From: Bacteroidales bacterium UBA1800
Lineage (GTDB): Bacteria > Bacteroidota > Bacteroidia > Bacteroidales > VadinHA17
Reading direction: 5' to 3'
Assembly: GCA_002319915.1 (NCBI GenBank)
Contig: DCFQ01000085.1
Coordinates: forward strand, 13,877 to 67,059
DNA length: 53,183 nucleotides
The notes beneath the pieces are model-generated. The model saw only the letters and a list, made by a program, of their open reading frames with translations, searched no databases and had not been told where the DNA came from. The translations under genes and the position numbers were made by a program. Shown piece by piece: positions 28,079 through 38,258 of this stretch. How positions within the stretch are numbered: the first letter of the stretch is position 1; every line of letters begins with the position of its first letter.

Positions 28079-29359
28079 ATGACCGGACTTTTGACCACAG
28101 TATTTGTACTAGGATATGCGGCCATAGCATTTGAGCATAAGATAAAACTCAACAAGGCGGCATCTGCCCTGATCACGGGTGTTTTGTGCTGGGTTGTTTA
28201 TGTTTTCTTTGTCGGCGATAAAAATATGATCAACCATGAGCTTGCTGAACATATGGGGGATCTTTCCGGAATACTCTTTTTCCTTCTAAGTGCGATGACT
28301 ATCGTGGAACTAATTGATTCCCACGATGGTTTCAGCATTATAACGACACGGATCACCCAAACGAATAAAAGATCGCTTCTATGGATCATTGGCCTGGTGA
28401 CTTTTTTCCTGTCAGCTATCCTCGATAACCTTACAACCACCATAGTAATAATTTCCCTGCTCAGGAAACTGGTAAGGAACAGGACCGACCGGCTATACTT
28501 CTCCGGACTTGTCATTATTGCAGCGAATGCAGGGGGTGCATGGTCACCCATAGGCGATGTAACGACAACAATGCTCTGGATTGGCGGACAGATTACCGCA
28601 TTTAAAATAATAGCCGGTTTGATCATTCCCAGCCTTGTTTCCCTTCTTGTACCACTGCTGCTTATTTCGTTAAAGTTCAGGGGGAATGTCGAAAAGCACC
28701 AGGAAATTAATGGGGACAGCACAACAGATCTTCCGGAAAAACATAAAAGGATTGTACTCTTTTCCGGAATTGCAGTTCTGATTGCGGTACCTGTTTTCAA
28801 AACCTATACTGGCCTGCCTCCCTACATGGGCATACTTCTGGGACTGGGTGTCATATGGATCATTACCGAGCTGCTTCACAGCGGGAAAAAGGATGAAGAA
28901 AAGAACAGGCTAACAGTAGTTCACGCACTTAAGAGGATCGATACGTCAACCATTCTCTTCTTCCTCGGGATCCTGATCGCCATTTCAGCATTGCAGTCTG
29001 CAGGAATTCTCAGGACCGCGGCAGGTTTCCTGGATAAGGCAATCGGAAATCAGAACATTATTGTAATAATAATTGGCCTGCTCTCATCAATCGTTGATAA
29101 TGTCCCTATTGTTGCAGCCGTTCAGGGGATGTACGATCTGGTCCGGTTCCCCGCGGATCATTATTTCTGGGAATTCCTGGCTTATTGTGCGGGGACAGGC
29201 GGAAGCGCCCTGGTAATAGGATCCGCAGCTGGGATTGCTGCGATGGGGATGGAAAAGATTGAATTCTTCTGGTATTTGAAAAAGATCAGCATTTATGCGC
29301 TTGCTGGTTTCTTTTCAGGAGCATTGGTTTATATCGCCCAGGAAATAATTTTAAAATAA
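28079..29359 (+). CDS. nhaD: Na+/H+ antiporter NhaD
   Basis: LSAILDNLTT, AANAGGAWSPIGDVTTTMLW, SSIVDNVP, GTGGSALVIGSAAG. Confidence 0.9.
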   Translation: MTGLLTTVFVLGYAAIAFEHKIKLNKAASALITGVLCWVVYVFFVGDKNMINHELAEHMGDLSGILFFLLSAMTIVELIDSHDGFSIITTRITQTNKRSLLWIIGLVTFFLSAILDNLTTTIVIISLLRKLVRNRTDRLYFSGLVIIAANAGGAWSPIGDVTTTMLWIGGQITAFKIIAGLIIPSLVSLLVPLLLISLKFRGNVEKHQEINGDSTTDLPEKHKRIVLFSGIAVLIAVPVFKTYTGLPPYMGILLGLGVIWIITELLHSGKKDEEKNRLTVVHALKRIDTSTILFFLGILIAISALQSAGILRTAAGFLDKAIGNQNIIVIIIGLLSSIVDNVPIVAAVQGMYDLVRFPADHYFWEFLAYCAGTGGSALVIGSAAGIAAMGMEKIEFFWYLKKISIYALAGFFSGALVYIAQEIILK

Positions 29360-29566
29360 GTCATATTCATATGTTCTATAATTTCATTTTAACTGCCGGC
29401 TACCTGATATAACGTTGATGTAAACGGATCTTTGTTTCATCAGAATTAAATAACGTACAGTGAGGCAAGGCAAGTATTCGGACAAATAGAGTTTTACCCT
29501 GATAATAAATTGGTTGCATGCGATACTATTACAAAAAAAATGTAAATAAGATACAAAATACGGCAG

Positions 29567-31825
29567 GTGAACAAATTTGAAACTGAGATACGTCTGGCAC
29601 GTGAGATGAGCACCATGGACGCCACCCTTATAGGGGTCGGGGCAATGATCGGTGCAGGGATTTTCGTCCTCATAGGCATTGCAGCAGGCGTCGCCGGTCC
29701 GGCTCTTATATTGTCGTTTATTCTTAACGGGTTGATCGCTCTGCTGACGGCAATGTCGTATGCTGAACTCGGGTCATGTTATCACGATGCCGGGGGCGGT
29801 TACCTCTGGGTCAAAGAGGGGTTGCCGAAATGGAACGGGTTTATTTCAGGCTGGATGAGCTGGTTTGCTCACGCTGTAGCTTGCAGCCTATATGCCCTTG
29901 GTTTCGGGGCATATTTTAACCATGTCCTGGTCGCCCTTAACCTCACAATACCTGAATGGGGCTTCTTCTCACCACAGAAGATCCTGGCAGTAATTACAAC
30001 AATTCTTTTTGCCTATGTAAATTTTCGCGGGGCAGCAGAGACAGGCAAGATAGGGAATCTTGTGACTCTGACAAAGATCATCATCCTGCTAATATTTATA
30101 GGATTCGGACTGGAGTTGATTCTCCGCAAAGGAGACTGGCAGTCGACCTTCAGTCCGTTCTTTGCTTATGGCTCAGAGGGCGTATTCAAAGCCATGGGAC
30201 TTACATTCATTGCATTCCAGGGCTTTGAAGTTATCGCTCAGAGCTCTGAGGAAATAAAGAATCCATCAAAGAATATTCCCCGGGCAGTTTTTCTCTCCCT
30301 GCTAATTGTATTCCCTATTTACATCCTTGTCGCATTTACTGCAATCGGAACAGTGAATTCCGGCAGCATTCCGCCATGGGCCTATCTTGCGCAGCTTAAA
30401 GAAACAGCCCTTGTCAATGTAGCCGAGAACTTCTTTAAAGGCGGTGGCATACTGATCCTTTTCGGCGGTCTTATCTCCACTATATCCGCGCTGAACGCCA
30501 CGATTTATTCCTCATCAAGGGTTGCATTCGCAATGGGAAGGGACAGGAATTTTCCTTCTTTCTTCAGCAAGGTTCATCCGGAGAATCATACACCCCACTG
30601 GAGCATCCTCATCTCTTTGCTGATAATCATCATCATGGCGGTTTCGCTTCCGGTAGAAGATGTCGCAAGTGCAGCCGACATAATGTTCCTTCTGCTCTTT
30701 CTCCAGGTTAACCTGGCCATGATAAAACTCAGGAAGAAAAGACCTGACCTTAATCGTGGTTTCAAGGTCCCTTTGTTCCCCTACCTTTCCATAATAGGCA
30801 TTGTCCTTCTGTTTTTCCTTGCTGTCAATATGCTCAGTTACAGCCTTAAGGCATGGTTGGTAACTGTCATATGGATCTCCTCAGGGTTGCTGGTGTACAG
30901 GTTTTTCGCCGCCAAACGTGAGATCGAGCATGTCAGAAAGGTAGCAACCCTTGAACGGCTGTCCAGTAAAGATTATACAATGCTCGTATGCCTTTCGCTT
31001 ACTGACAAAATTGAAAGCATAACGCGCGTTGCCTTCTCGATAGCTAAGAAAAACAGCGCATTCATCGTTTTCCTTCATGTTATTGAACTGGATGATGACA
31101 GAAAGAGCAGGCACAATATACGAGGTTCAGACCGTGCACAGCAAATGCTTGATGAAGCAAGGACCCTTTCAGAAGAGGCAGGTATTGCTTCGAAATCCAT
31201 AATCAAGATCTCTCACAGGATCTCGAGCGGTATAACAGATACGGCTCTGGAAGAGAACTGCAACTTCATCATTACAGGAAGAGACAAGACCAGCAAGTTT
31301 ATTTCCCGCTTCTTTGGATCAACCATTGACATGGTGCTCCAGAAAACCGCCAGTGAAGCTGCAATCCTGCATGGCGAACTCACCCCGGGCAAGATAAGAA
31401 GGATCATTATCCCGTACAGCAACGACATTCATACACGGTTCGCCCTGGAAATAGCCCCTGCCCTGAAAGAATATTTTGATGCCGACATCAAGGTAGCAGT
31501 CGTTTTTTATCCCGGCTATAATTCATCAAAGAGACAGCTTGTATCGGATCAGATTAACAAAATAAAGGAGGACATATCCCTCCAGGCTGAAATAATATCC
31601 ACTGACGATATCGACATATTGCGAGGGATTCTTAAACTTGCCAGGAATGCTGATCTGCTGGTCATGGGAGGCCGATCAGGCGATTTTATCGAACTTCTGT
31701 TTGCCAAATCCCTTGCAAGAGAGATTACCGAACAGGTCGCATGTCCGGTACTTTGGTTAAGAGAATTTGAGGAAAGGGAATCTTACTTCAAATCACTTTT
31801 CAGGCCCCTCGATAAAAAGCAATAA
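29567..31825 (+). CDS. APC-family amino acid permease with C-terminal USP-like domains
   Basis: GAMIGAGIF, YAELGS, AFQGFE, SSSRVAFAMGRD; cytoplasmic tail with FLHVIE..., FFGSTIDMV, CPVLW; GTG start. Confidence 0.88.
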   Translation: MNKFETEIRLAREMSTMDATLIGVGAMIGAGIFVLIGIAAGVAGPALILSFILNGLIALLTAMSYAELGSCYHDAGGGYLWVKEGLPKWNGFISGWMSWFAHAVACSLYALGFGAYFNHVLVALNLTIPEWGFFSPQKILAVITTILFAYVNFRGAAETGKIGNLVTLTKIIILLIFIGFGLELILRKGDWQSTFSPFFAYGSEGVFKAMGLTFIAFQGFEVIAQSSEEIKNPSKNIPRAVFLSLLIVFPIYILVAFTAIGTVNSGSIPPWAYLAQLKETALVNVAENFFKGGGILILFGGLISTISALNATIYSSSRVAFAMGRDRNFPSFFSKVHPENHTPHWSILISLLIIIIMAVSLPVEDVASAADIMFLLLFLQVNLAMIKLRKKRPDLNRGFKVPLFPYLSIIGIVLLFFLAVNMLSYSLKAWLVTVIWISSGLLVYRFFAAKREIEHVRKVATLERLSSKDYTMLVCLSLTDKIESITRVAFSIAKKNSAFIVFLHVIELDDDRKSRHNIRGSDRAQQMLDEARTLSEEAGIASKSIIKISHRISSGITDTALEENCNFIITGRDKTSKFISRFFGSTIDMVLQKTASEAAILHGELTPGKIRRIIIPYSNDIHTRFALEIAPALKEYFDADIKVAVVFYPGYNSSKRQLVSDQINKIKEDISLQAEIISTDDIDILRGILKLARNADLLVMGGRSGDFIELLFAKSLAREITEQVACPVLWLREFEERESYFKSLFRPLDKKQ

Positions 31826-31826
31826 T

Positions 31827-32492
31827 ATGGAGACAAGAATTCAGGATCAGTTTTTAAGTTTTGCAGACAGTCTGCTCGCCTATCTGCCAAATCTGCTGGC
31901 AGGGATTGTGCTTGTACTTCTTGGCTGGGTATCAGGCTGGGTGGTCAAAAGAATTTTGATCCAGATTTCCATTGTCTTAAGAATTGACAGGTATTTCAGA
32001 AGATCACGCTACAGCTCGGATTTTGCAAAAGCCGATATCAGGTACAGCCTCTATAATTTCGTCGGGAATATAGGATTCGCGTTGATATTCCTCATCTTCC
32101 TTGACAATGCATTGCTCGCATGGAAGTTAAATATCCTTACCGACCTGCTGAGCAAAGGGATCCTGTTCCTGCCCAAACTAATAATTGCATCGGTCACATT
32201 CGGAATTGGCCTGCTGGTAGCTTCATGGGTCCAGATATCAACACTGAAATCCCTCAATCGCGAAGAAATTCCAAGGGCATCGCTAATATCGAGATTCATC
32301 AAGGGGATCCTGATCATCTTTTTTTCCGCAATATCTCTGGTAGAGCTGGATGTTGCACGTGAGATTGTCGTTATCGGCTTCAGCACTATATTTATAACCC
32401 TGGGAGTAATCACCGTGGTGATCACTGCGGTCGGTGGCAGGGATTTCCTGAAGAAAATCGAAAATTCAATTAAAGAAGATAGAAAAGACTGA
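31827..32492 (+). CDS. CmpX-like / TM_helix-repeat membrane protein (MscS-related N-terminal repeats)
   Basis: Two repeats, YLPNLLAGIVLVLLGW and FLPKLIIASVTFGIG, ending in AVGGRD. Confidence 0.7.
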   Translation: METRIQDQFLSFADSLLAYLPNLLAGIVLVLLGWVSGWVVKRILIQISIVLRIDRYFRRSRYSSDFAKADIRYSLYNFVGNIGFALIFLIFLDNALLAWKLNILTDLLSKGILFLPKLIIASVTFGIGLLVASWVQISTLKSLNREEIPRASLISRFIKGILIIFFSAISLVELDVAREIVVIGFSTIFITLGVITVVITAVGGRDFLKKIENSIKEDRKD

Positions 32493-32672
32493 ATTATAAA
32501 GGTACCTACATGCCATATCATTCAGTTATCTTTTGTAGCCCATTTTGATTCATTGATAATATCATTTTGATAAACATTGTGCCATATCGGGGCGTCCTTG
32601 CCAATCTAAAAATACCGGTCCCAACGGATTTATACGCACCCGTCACCAATCAGGCTGATCAGCTGAGCTATT

Positions 32673-32687
32673 TGGCCCGAATATTGC
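32673..32687 (+). promoter_or_regulatory. Sigma-54 promoter
   Basis: TGGCCCG-AATA-TTGC with exact GG-to-GC spacing, 55 nt before the ATG. Confidence 0.65.
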
Positions 32688-32742
32688 AGCCCACATTTTC
32701 ATAGAAACTCTTAACTTTAAAGTCATTAAAATAATCCGGCTT

Positions 32743-34356
32743 ATGAAAGATCTGACACTGGTTGCCATACTCATTGCAGGCTCCATTTTAAACCTTCAGG
32801 CAGAGAATGAGAAGGAGATAAAGGCTGCCATAAAGCATATTACTGTTTACCCCGACAGGGCACAGGTAAGCCATGAAGCTTCCGTTGATATTCCAGCCGG
32901 GACAACGGTGCTAAGGCTTACCGGTCTCTCTCCTTATGTCGATGCACAGAGCATCCAGGTAAGGGGGAAGGGTGATTTTACCATCATGGCTGTAAACCAG
33001 CAAAACAATTATTTGCAGAACCTGGAGGATATTCCTGAAGTAAAAAGCATCAGGAGCCAGATCGAATCCCTTCAGACCAGGGTGGAGGATGAAAGAGCCG
33101 TACTGGATGTTCTCAAGGAAAAGGCTGCCTTCCTCGTCGCAAACAGGCCTATCCTTATAAAAGAGACCGCCTTTTCGATCGAGCAGCTCAAAAGCGTGAT
33201 GGACCTCTACACAAACAGCATGGAGCAGGTCACAACCACGACCCTTAAAAAGAACAGGCTGATAAAGGAATACGAAAAACAAATTGCGGCACTTCAGCAG
33301 CAGATCTCCGATAAGTTCGGGAAGCAGCTGCCATCAGGGGAGATCTCGGTTACTGTGGCAGCAGATAAGCCGGGCGCAGGCACCCTTTCGTTCAGTTATG
33401 TCGTCACAAATGCAGGCTGGTATCCATCATATGACATCCGGGTTGAGGACATAACAAAGCCCGTCACCATATTCTACAAGGCAAATGTTTTCCAGAACAC
33501 CGGGGTATCATGGAAGGATGTGAAGCTGAGCTTTTCGAATGCCACACCCTGGGTGGCCGGTAATGTACCGGTGCTCAGCCCCTGGTTCATAGATTTTTAT
33601 GTCCCGCCAACGGGCATCAGGATCCGGGGTATGGCCTCCCTGAGCAAGAGCGTGAGAGCACCGTCGGCAGCGGATGAGGCTATGGCCGAGAAAGGTGCAG
33701 TGATGGAAGCCGAGGCTGCCCCGGTAGCCGTTGAGAAGAATGTAGGCGAAACTACCGTTACCTTTGATGTAAATCCGCCTTACACAATCCAGCCCGACGG
33801 CAAGGTCCAGACAATCGAGATCCAGCGTACAACCTCTCCGGCCAGCTATAAGTACGTTACCGTTCCCAAGCTTTCACCTCTTGCGTACCTTACGGGCAGC
33901 ATTACCGACTGGGCGCAGCAGAGCCTGATCAGCGGCGAAGCAACCCTTTATTTTGAAAATACTTTCGTTGGAAAATCGTATCTTAATGTCAACCAGCTGA
34001 CAGATACACTGTCAATATCCCTGGGAAATGATAACAGCATCCTTGTCAAAAGGGAGAAAAGAAAAGAGTTCATTGCAACGAAAGTCATAGGGTCAAACAA
34101 AACCGAGACTTATTCCTTCCTCATAACGGTCCGCAACAACAAGCAGAATCCTGTCAGGATCACGGTTAACGATCAGCTCCCTGTTTCATCAAACAGCAAC
34201 ATAGAGGTGACCCCGGTGGAGCTGAGCGGCGGCAGATTTGATCCCGCGACGGGAGAGGTGAAGTGGGACCTGGATATCAGGCAGTCAGAGACAAGGCAGC
34301 TTGTCCTGACATATTCCGTGAAGTTCCCGAAAGACAAAACAGTAATCCTGGATTAA
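32743..34356 (+). CDS. DUF4140/DUF4139 (MuiA-like) secreted protein
   Basis: Signal peptide, ITVYPDRAQV, coiled coil, AGWYPSYDIR, QNTGVSW, DQLPVS, YSVKFPK. Confidence 0.9.
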   Translation: MKDLTLVAILIAGSILNLQAENEKEIKAAIKHITVYPDRAQVSHEASVDIPAGTTVLRLTGLSPYVDAQSIQVRGKGDFTIMAVNQQNNYLQNLEDIPEVKSIRSQIESLQTRVEDERAVLDVLKEKAAFLVANRPILIKETAFSIEQLKSVMDLYTNSMEQVTTTTLKKNRLIKEYEKQIAALQQQISDKFGKQLPSGEISVTVAADKPGAGTLSFSYVVTNAGWYPSYDIRVEDITKPVTIFYKANVFQNTGVSWKDVKLSFSNATPWVAGNVPVLSPWFIDFYVPPTGIRIRGMASLSKSVRAPSAADEAMAEKGAVMEAEAAPVAVEKNVGETTVTFDVNPPYTIQPDGKVQTIEIQRTTSPASYKYVTVPKLSPLAYLTGSITDWAQQSLISGEATLYFENTFVGKSYLNVNQLTDTLSISLGNDNSILVKREKRKEFIATKVIGSNKTETYSFLITVRNNKQNPVRITVNDQLPVSSNSNIEVTPVELSGGRFDPATGEVKWDLDIRQSETRQLVLTYSVKFPKDKTVILD

Positions 34357-34370
34357 GAAAATATTACATT

Positions 34371-34745
34371 ATGAAATTCCTTGGCAATCTTGTTTGGCTG
34401 ATATTTGGCGGGATAATCATTGCTGTTGAATACTTTATCGGCAGCCTGATCCTGATGATCACCATAGTGGGGATCCCGTTTGGTTTGCAAACCCTTAAGA
34501 TGGCATCTCTGGCAATCTGGCCTTTCGGCAGAAGAAGTTACATTAAGGAGAGGGCCTCGGGGTGCCTTTTTATATTCATGAATGTGATATGGCTTCTCTG
34601 CGGTGGATTGTGGATAGCCGCCACTCATGCAATTTTCGGGGTATTGCTGTGTATCACGATCATCGGCATTCCTTTCGGGCTGCAGCATTTCAAGCTGACT
34701 GAAGTGGCTCTGAATCCTTTCGGCCGGGATATAGAGTGGATCTAA
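34371..34745 (+). CDS. YccF-domain inner membrane protein
   Basis: Duplicated GNLVWLIFGG...ITIVGIPFG...WPFG motif; ATG 34371. Confidence 0.92.
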   Translation: MKFLGNLVWLIFGGIIIAVEYFIGSLILMITIVGIPFGLQTLKMASLAIWPFGRRSYIKERASGCLFIFMNVIWLLCGGLWIAATHAIFGVLLCITIIGIPFGLQHFKLTEVALNPFGRDIEWI

Positions 34746-34777
34746 GATTTCCCACCGGAGGTGCGGATAAGTTCATT

Positions 34778-34870
34778 AAAACCGCAAGTAACGCAAAGTA
34801 CACGCTCAGCGCGAAAAAGCAAATGACATAAGTTTATTTCTTTATTAACCCCGTGGCTATCGGCCTTTGC
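34778..34870. repeat. Degenerate intergenic repeat remnant
   Basis: ACCGCAAGTA-ACGCAAAGTA-CACGC tandem, CCCGTGGCTATCGG (decayed CCCGATAGCTATCGG) and a complementary CTTTGCG. Confidence 0.4.
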
Positions 34871-34930
34871 GATTTCATATGCTGCAGGCAGGCTTTAGGG
34901 ACTTTCAGAATTACATACCTTTATACGACT

Positions 34931-35971
34931 ATGAAGTCAGAACCAGAAAAAAAAGGAACCCCGATCAATAATTTCGGCAAGTTCGGGTTGATTGAAAAGA
35001 TCACCAGCCGGGCTGAGATCCGGAATAAAAGCACTTTATCGGGTATCGGGGACGACTCCGCTGTCATCGAAAACGGGAACGATCTTTCGCTGGTTACGAC
35101 CGACCTCCTGCTTGAAGGTATCCATTTCAATCTTGTTTACACACCCCTGCGGCACCTTGGGTACAAAGCGGTGATACGGGCCATTTCGGATATTTACGCA
35201 ATGAACGGTAAACCCGGGCAGGTGCTTGTCGGGCTTGGTGTCAGCACAAAGTTCTCCGCAGAACAGGTGGATGAATTATACGACGGTATTTACACAGCCT
35301 GCAAAAACTATAATGTTGATCTGGCAGGTGGGGATATTACCAGTTCCCTGACCGGACTCACCATCAGCGTCACAGCGGTGGGTTCTGCCGGAAAGGGATC
35401 GCTTACCGGCAGGAAAGGAGCCGGGGCAAACGATCTTATCTGTGTTACAGGGAATTTCGGAGCTTCATTCATGGGGCTCAGGATCCTTGAAAGGGAGAGG
35501 AGGCTTTTTGAGAAGGACAAAACCCTTAAGCCTGATTTTGCAGGATTTGAATACCTTATCGAGCGTCAGCTGAAGCCTGAATTCCCGTCGGCTGTAATTG
35601 ACGCCCTGAAGAATACCTCCATCATACCGTCTGCAATGATAGATGTATCCGACGGCCTCGCCTCAGACCTGATGCATATCTGCAGGCAGTCGGCAACAGG
35701 CTGCAGGATCTTTTACGAGAAGATCCCTGTTGACCTCGAGACCGGCAAAGCTGCGGAAGAGTTCGGGATCGATCCTGTTACTGCGGCGCTGAATGGCGGT
35801 GAAGATTACGAGTTACTTTTCACCGTGCGTCTTGAGGATCATGAAAAGATAAAAGCTATTCCCGGTGTGTCGGTCATCGGGCACATGACACAGGCCTCCC
35901 AGGGTTGCTGCCTTATCAATGAGAATGGGGCGCAGATAGAACTGAAAGCCCAGGGATGGGAAAAAGCCTGA
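34931..35971 (+). CDS. thiL: Thiamine-monophosphate kinase
   Basis: GIGDDSA, TTDLLLEGIHF, SDIYAMNG, GGDIT, IDVSDGLASDL.HI, GGEDYELLFT. Confidence 0.95.
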   Translation: MKSEPEKKGTPINNFGKFGLIEKITSRAEIRNKSTLSGIGDDSAVIENGNDLSLVTTDLLLEGIHFNLVYTPLRHLGYKAVIRAISDIYAMNGKPGQVLVGLGVSTKFSAEQVDELYDGIYTACKNYNVDLAGGDITSSLTGLTISVTAVGSAGKGSLTGRKGAGANDLICVTGNFGASFMGLRILERERRLFEKDKTLKPDFAGFEYLIERQLKPEFPSAVIDALKNTSIIPSAMIDVSDGLASDLMHICRQSATGCRIFYEKIPVDLETGKAAEEFGIDPVTAALNGGEDYELLFTVRLEDHEKIKAIPGVSVIGHMTQASQGCCLINENGAQIELKAQGWEKA

Positions 35972-35984
35972 CGGGAACCTGTTC

Positions 35985-36761
35985 TTACTTCGGCCCGCGG
36001 ATTATTCCCCTTTCCGATTTCCTTATGAATTCGATTATGTAATCCCTGTCGGGAGATTGCCGGAATTTTTCTTCGATAAATTCCAGGGCCTGCGTGACAT
36101 TCATGCAGTTCTGGTAAATTGCCCTATAGATATTGTGGATCTCGCTTATCCTTTCCTTTTCGAATCCACGGCGCGTAAGCCCGACGGTATTAATGCCCAG
36201 GTATGTAAGCGGGTCCCTGTCGGCTTTAATGAACGGCGGAACATCTGTCCTGACCTTCGAGCCACCCCCGATCATAACATGCCCCCCGATCCTAGCGAAC
36301 TGGTGGACCAGTGTTCCCGCGCTGATAATTGCCCAGTCATCGACCTTGACCTCGCCTGCAAGACCGATCCCGTTCCCGAGAATGACATTGTTGCCGATGA
36401 AGCAGTCGTGCCCGACATGGGCATATGCCATTAACAGGCAGTTATTGCCTATGACCGTTTTCCCCGCAGATGCTGTGCCGCGGTTCACGGTTGCCGCTTC
36501 ACGAAGAGTGGTCCCGTTACCGATCTCGACAGTCGTTTCCTCTCCCCTGAACTTAAGGTCCTGGGGGATCCCTGAAACAACTGCAGTCGGAAATATACGG
36601 CATTTGCTGCCGATCCTTGCACCGTCAAGGATTGCGGAACCAGGGCCAATCCAGGTCCCTTCTCCAATAATTACATTGCCTGCAATATAGGCAAAAGGTT
36701 CAACTGTAACATTTTCTGCTAATTGCGCCTTTGGATGAACATACGCCAGATCAGAAACCAT
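35985..36761 (-). CDS. lpxA: UDP-N-acetylglucosamine O-acyltransferase
   Basis: Hexapeptide repeats, PQDLKF.GE, MAYAHVGHDC, HQF. Confidence 0.96.
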   Translation of the reverse strand: MVSDLAYVHPKAQLAENVTVEPFAYIAGNVIIGEGTWIGPGSAILDGARIGSKCRIFPTAVVSGIPQDLKFRGEETTVEIGNGTTLREAATVNRGTASAGKTVIGNNCLLMAYAHVGHDCFIGNNVILGNGIGLAGEVKVDDWAIISAGTLVHQFARIGGHVMIGGGSKVRTDVPPFIKADRDPLTYLGINTVGLTRRGFEKERISEIHNIYRAIYQNCMNVTQALEFIEEKFRQSPDRDYIIEFIRKSERGIIRGPK

Positions 36762-36768
36762 TGGATGA

Positions 36769-38160
36769 TTATTTGTTTTTAACTACCTGGGCTACCATTT
36801 CACCCTCCACCACTAGATGATTCCCGACGAATGCCTGTCCGAACATCGAAACGATCCCGCGCCTCAATGGTTCGGCAAGCTCCATCCTCAGTATAACAGT
36901 GTCCCCCGGTACTACTTTATGTTTGAACTTAAGCTTGTCAATCTTCAGGAAATAGGTCGAATACCTCTCGGGATCCTCGACTGTGCTCAATATCAGAAGT
37001 CCGCCGCATTGTGCAAGTGCCTCTACAAGCAGAACGCCCGGCATCACCGGTTCGTCGGGGAAATGACCCTGGAAAAACGGCTCGTTGAAGGTCACATTCT
37101 TTATCCCTATGACGCTGTTCTCGTCGAGCGAAATTACCTTATCCACAAGCAGGAACGGTGCTCTGTGGGGAAGGCGCTTCTTGATATCCTCGATAGTTAA
37201 TACTGGGGGAACGGACGGATCGTAAACCGGGATATGGAGTTTCGAGGTTTTCCTGATCTCCTGCCTGATGAGCTTGGCAAGCCTTGTGTTGGCGTAATGC
37301 CCGGGCCTGGTGGCCACCACTTTGCCTAAGATAGGCTGGCCCACGAGCGCCAGGTCCCCCATGATATCGAGAAGCTTATGCCGTGCCGGTTCATTCGGGT
37401 ACCGCAACTCCGTATTATTCAGGATCCCTGCAGTGTGCTTGCTGATCCCCGGCCTGTTGAACAGCTTGGCAATCCTGTCAATCTCCTCCTGCTCGACCTC
37501 CTTCTCGAGGATCACAACCGCATTATCGAGGTCCCCACCCTTGATTAGCCCCATCCTGTGGAGCGGTTCCAGCTCGTGGAAAAATACGAACGTGCGGCTT
37601 TTGCAGATCTCCTTCTCAAAATCATCAATCGTATCAAGGATCGCATACTGGTTTCCGAGGATCTTTGAATTGTAGTCGATCAGGACATTGATGCTGAGGT
37701 GGTCATCAGGGTAAACGATAAGATCGACGCCATGCTCCTCATCGGAATAGGTGATCTTCTGCTTTATTGTGAAGTAATTCCTCTCTTCCCGTTGTTCCGT
37801 GAAGCCGACGGAGTTGATCGCTTCCGTGAATGCAAGTGAAGCACCGCCCATAATGGGGGCTTCCGGTCCGTCAAGCTCTATGAGCGCATTATCGACCCTC
37901 ATCCCGTGAAGGGCAGCCAGGGCATGCTCGATGGTCGATACCGATGCATTGTTCTGGACGAGTGTGGTGCCCCTCGATGTATCGGCTACGTTCTCGGCGA
38001 GCGCATCTATCATTGGCTTGCCGGGAAGGTCCGTCCTGCAGAATTTATACCCGTGATTGGCAGGGGCAGGTTTGAAGGTGATGGTTACAGTGAGTCCCGT
38101 ATGTAAGCCTTTTCCTGTCAGGCTCACTTCTTTCTTAAGCGTTCTTTGCTTTTCGCTCAT
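36769..38160 (-). CDS. lpxC: Bifunctional LpxC/FabZ
   Basis: GLHTG, TIEH, HKLLD.MGDL, then LPHRAPFLLVD, FFQGHFP..PVMPGVL. Confidence 0.97.
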   Translation of the reverse strand: MSEKQRTLKKEVSLTGKGLHTGLTVTITFKPAPANHGYKFCRTDLPGKPMIDALAENVADTSRGTTLVQNNASVSTIEHALAALHGMRVDNALIELDGPEAPIMGGASLAFTEAINSVGFTEQREERNYFTIKQKITYSDEEHGVDLIVYPDDHLSINVLIDYNSKILGNQYAILDTIDDFEKEICKSRTFVFFHELEPLHRMGLIKGGDLDNAVVILEKEVEQEEIDRIAKLFNRPGISKHTAGILNNTELRYPNEPARHKLLDIMGDLALVGQPILGKVVATRPGHYANTRLAKLIRQEIRKTSKLHIPVYDPSVPPVLTIEDIKKRLPHRAPFLLVDKVISLDENSVIGIKNVTFNEPFFQGHFPDEPVMPGVLLVEALAQCGGLLILSTVEDPERYSTYFLKIDKLKFKHKVVPGDTVILRMELAEPLRRGIVSMFGQAFVGNHLVVEGEMVAQVVKNK

Positions 38161-38258
38161 TTTCCTCAGGCTTGATTTTTAATCCGGGTACAAAAAAATC
38201 AAAAAAAAGTGAACTATCCAATAATTTTTAAAGCATGGCGGAAGTCACAGTAAACAGG

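Noticed and set aside
34746-34930. TPP riboswitch upstream of thiL
   Set aside because: No GCTGAGA...CCTGA...GGGA core; the gap holds degenerate repeats instead
36769-38160. LpxC-FabZ fusion as a novelty
   Set aside because: This fusion is the normal state in Bacteroidota
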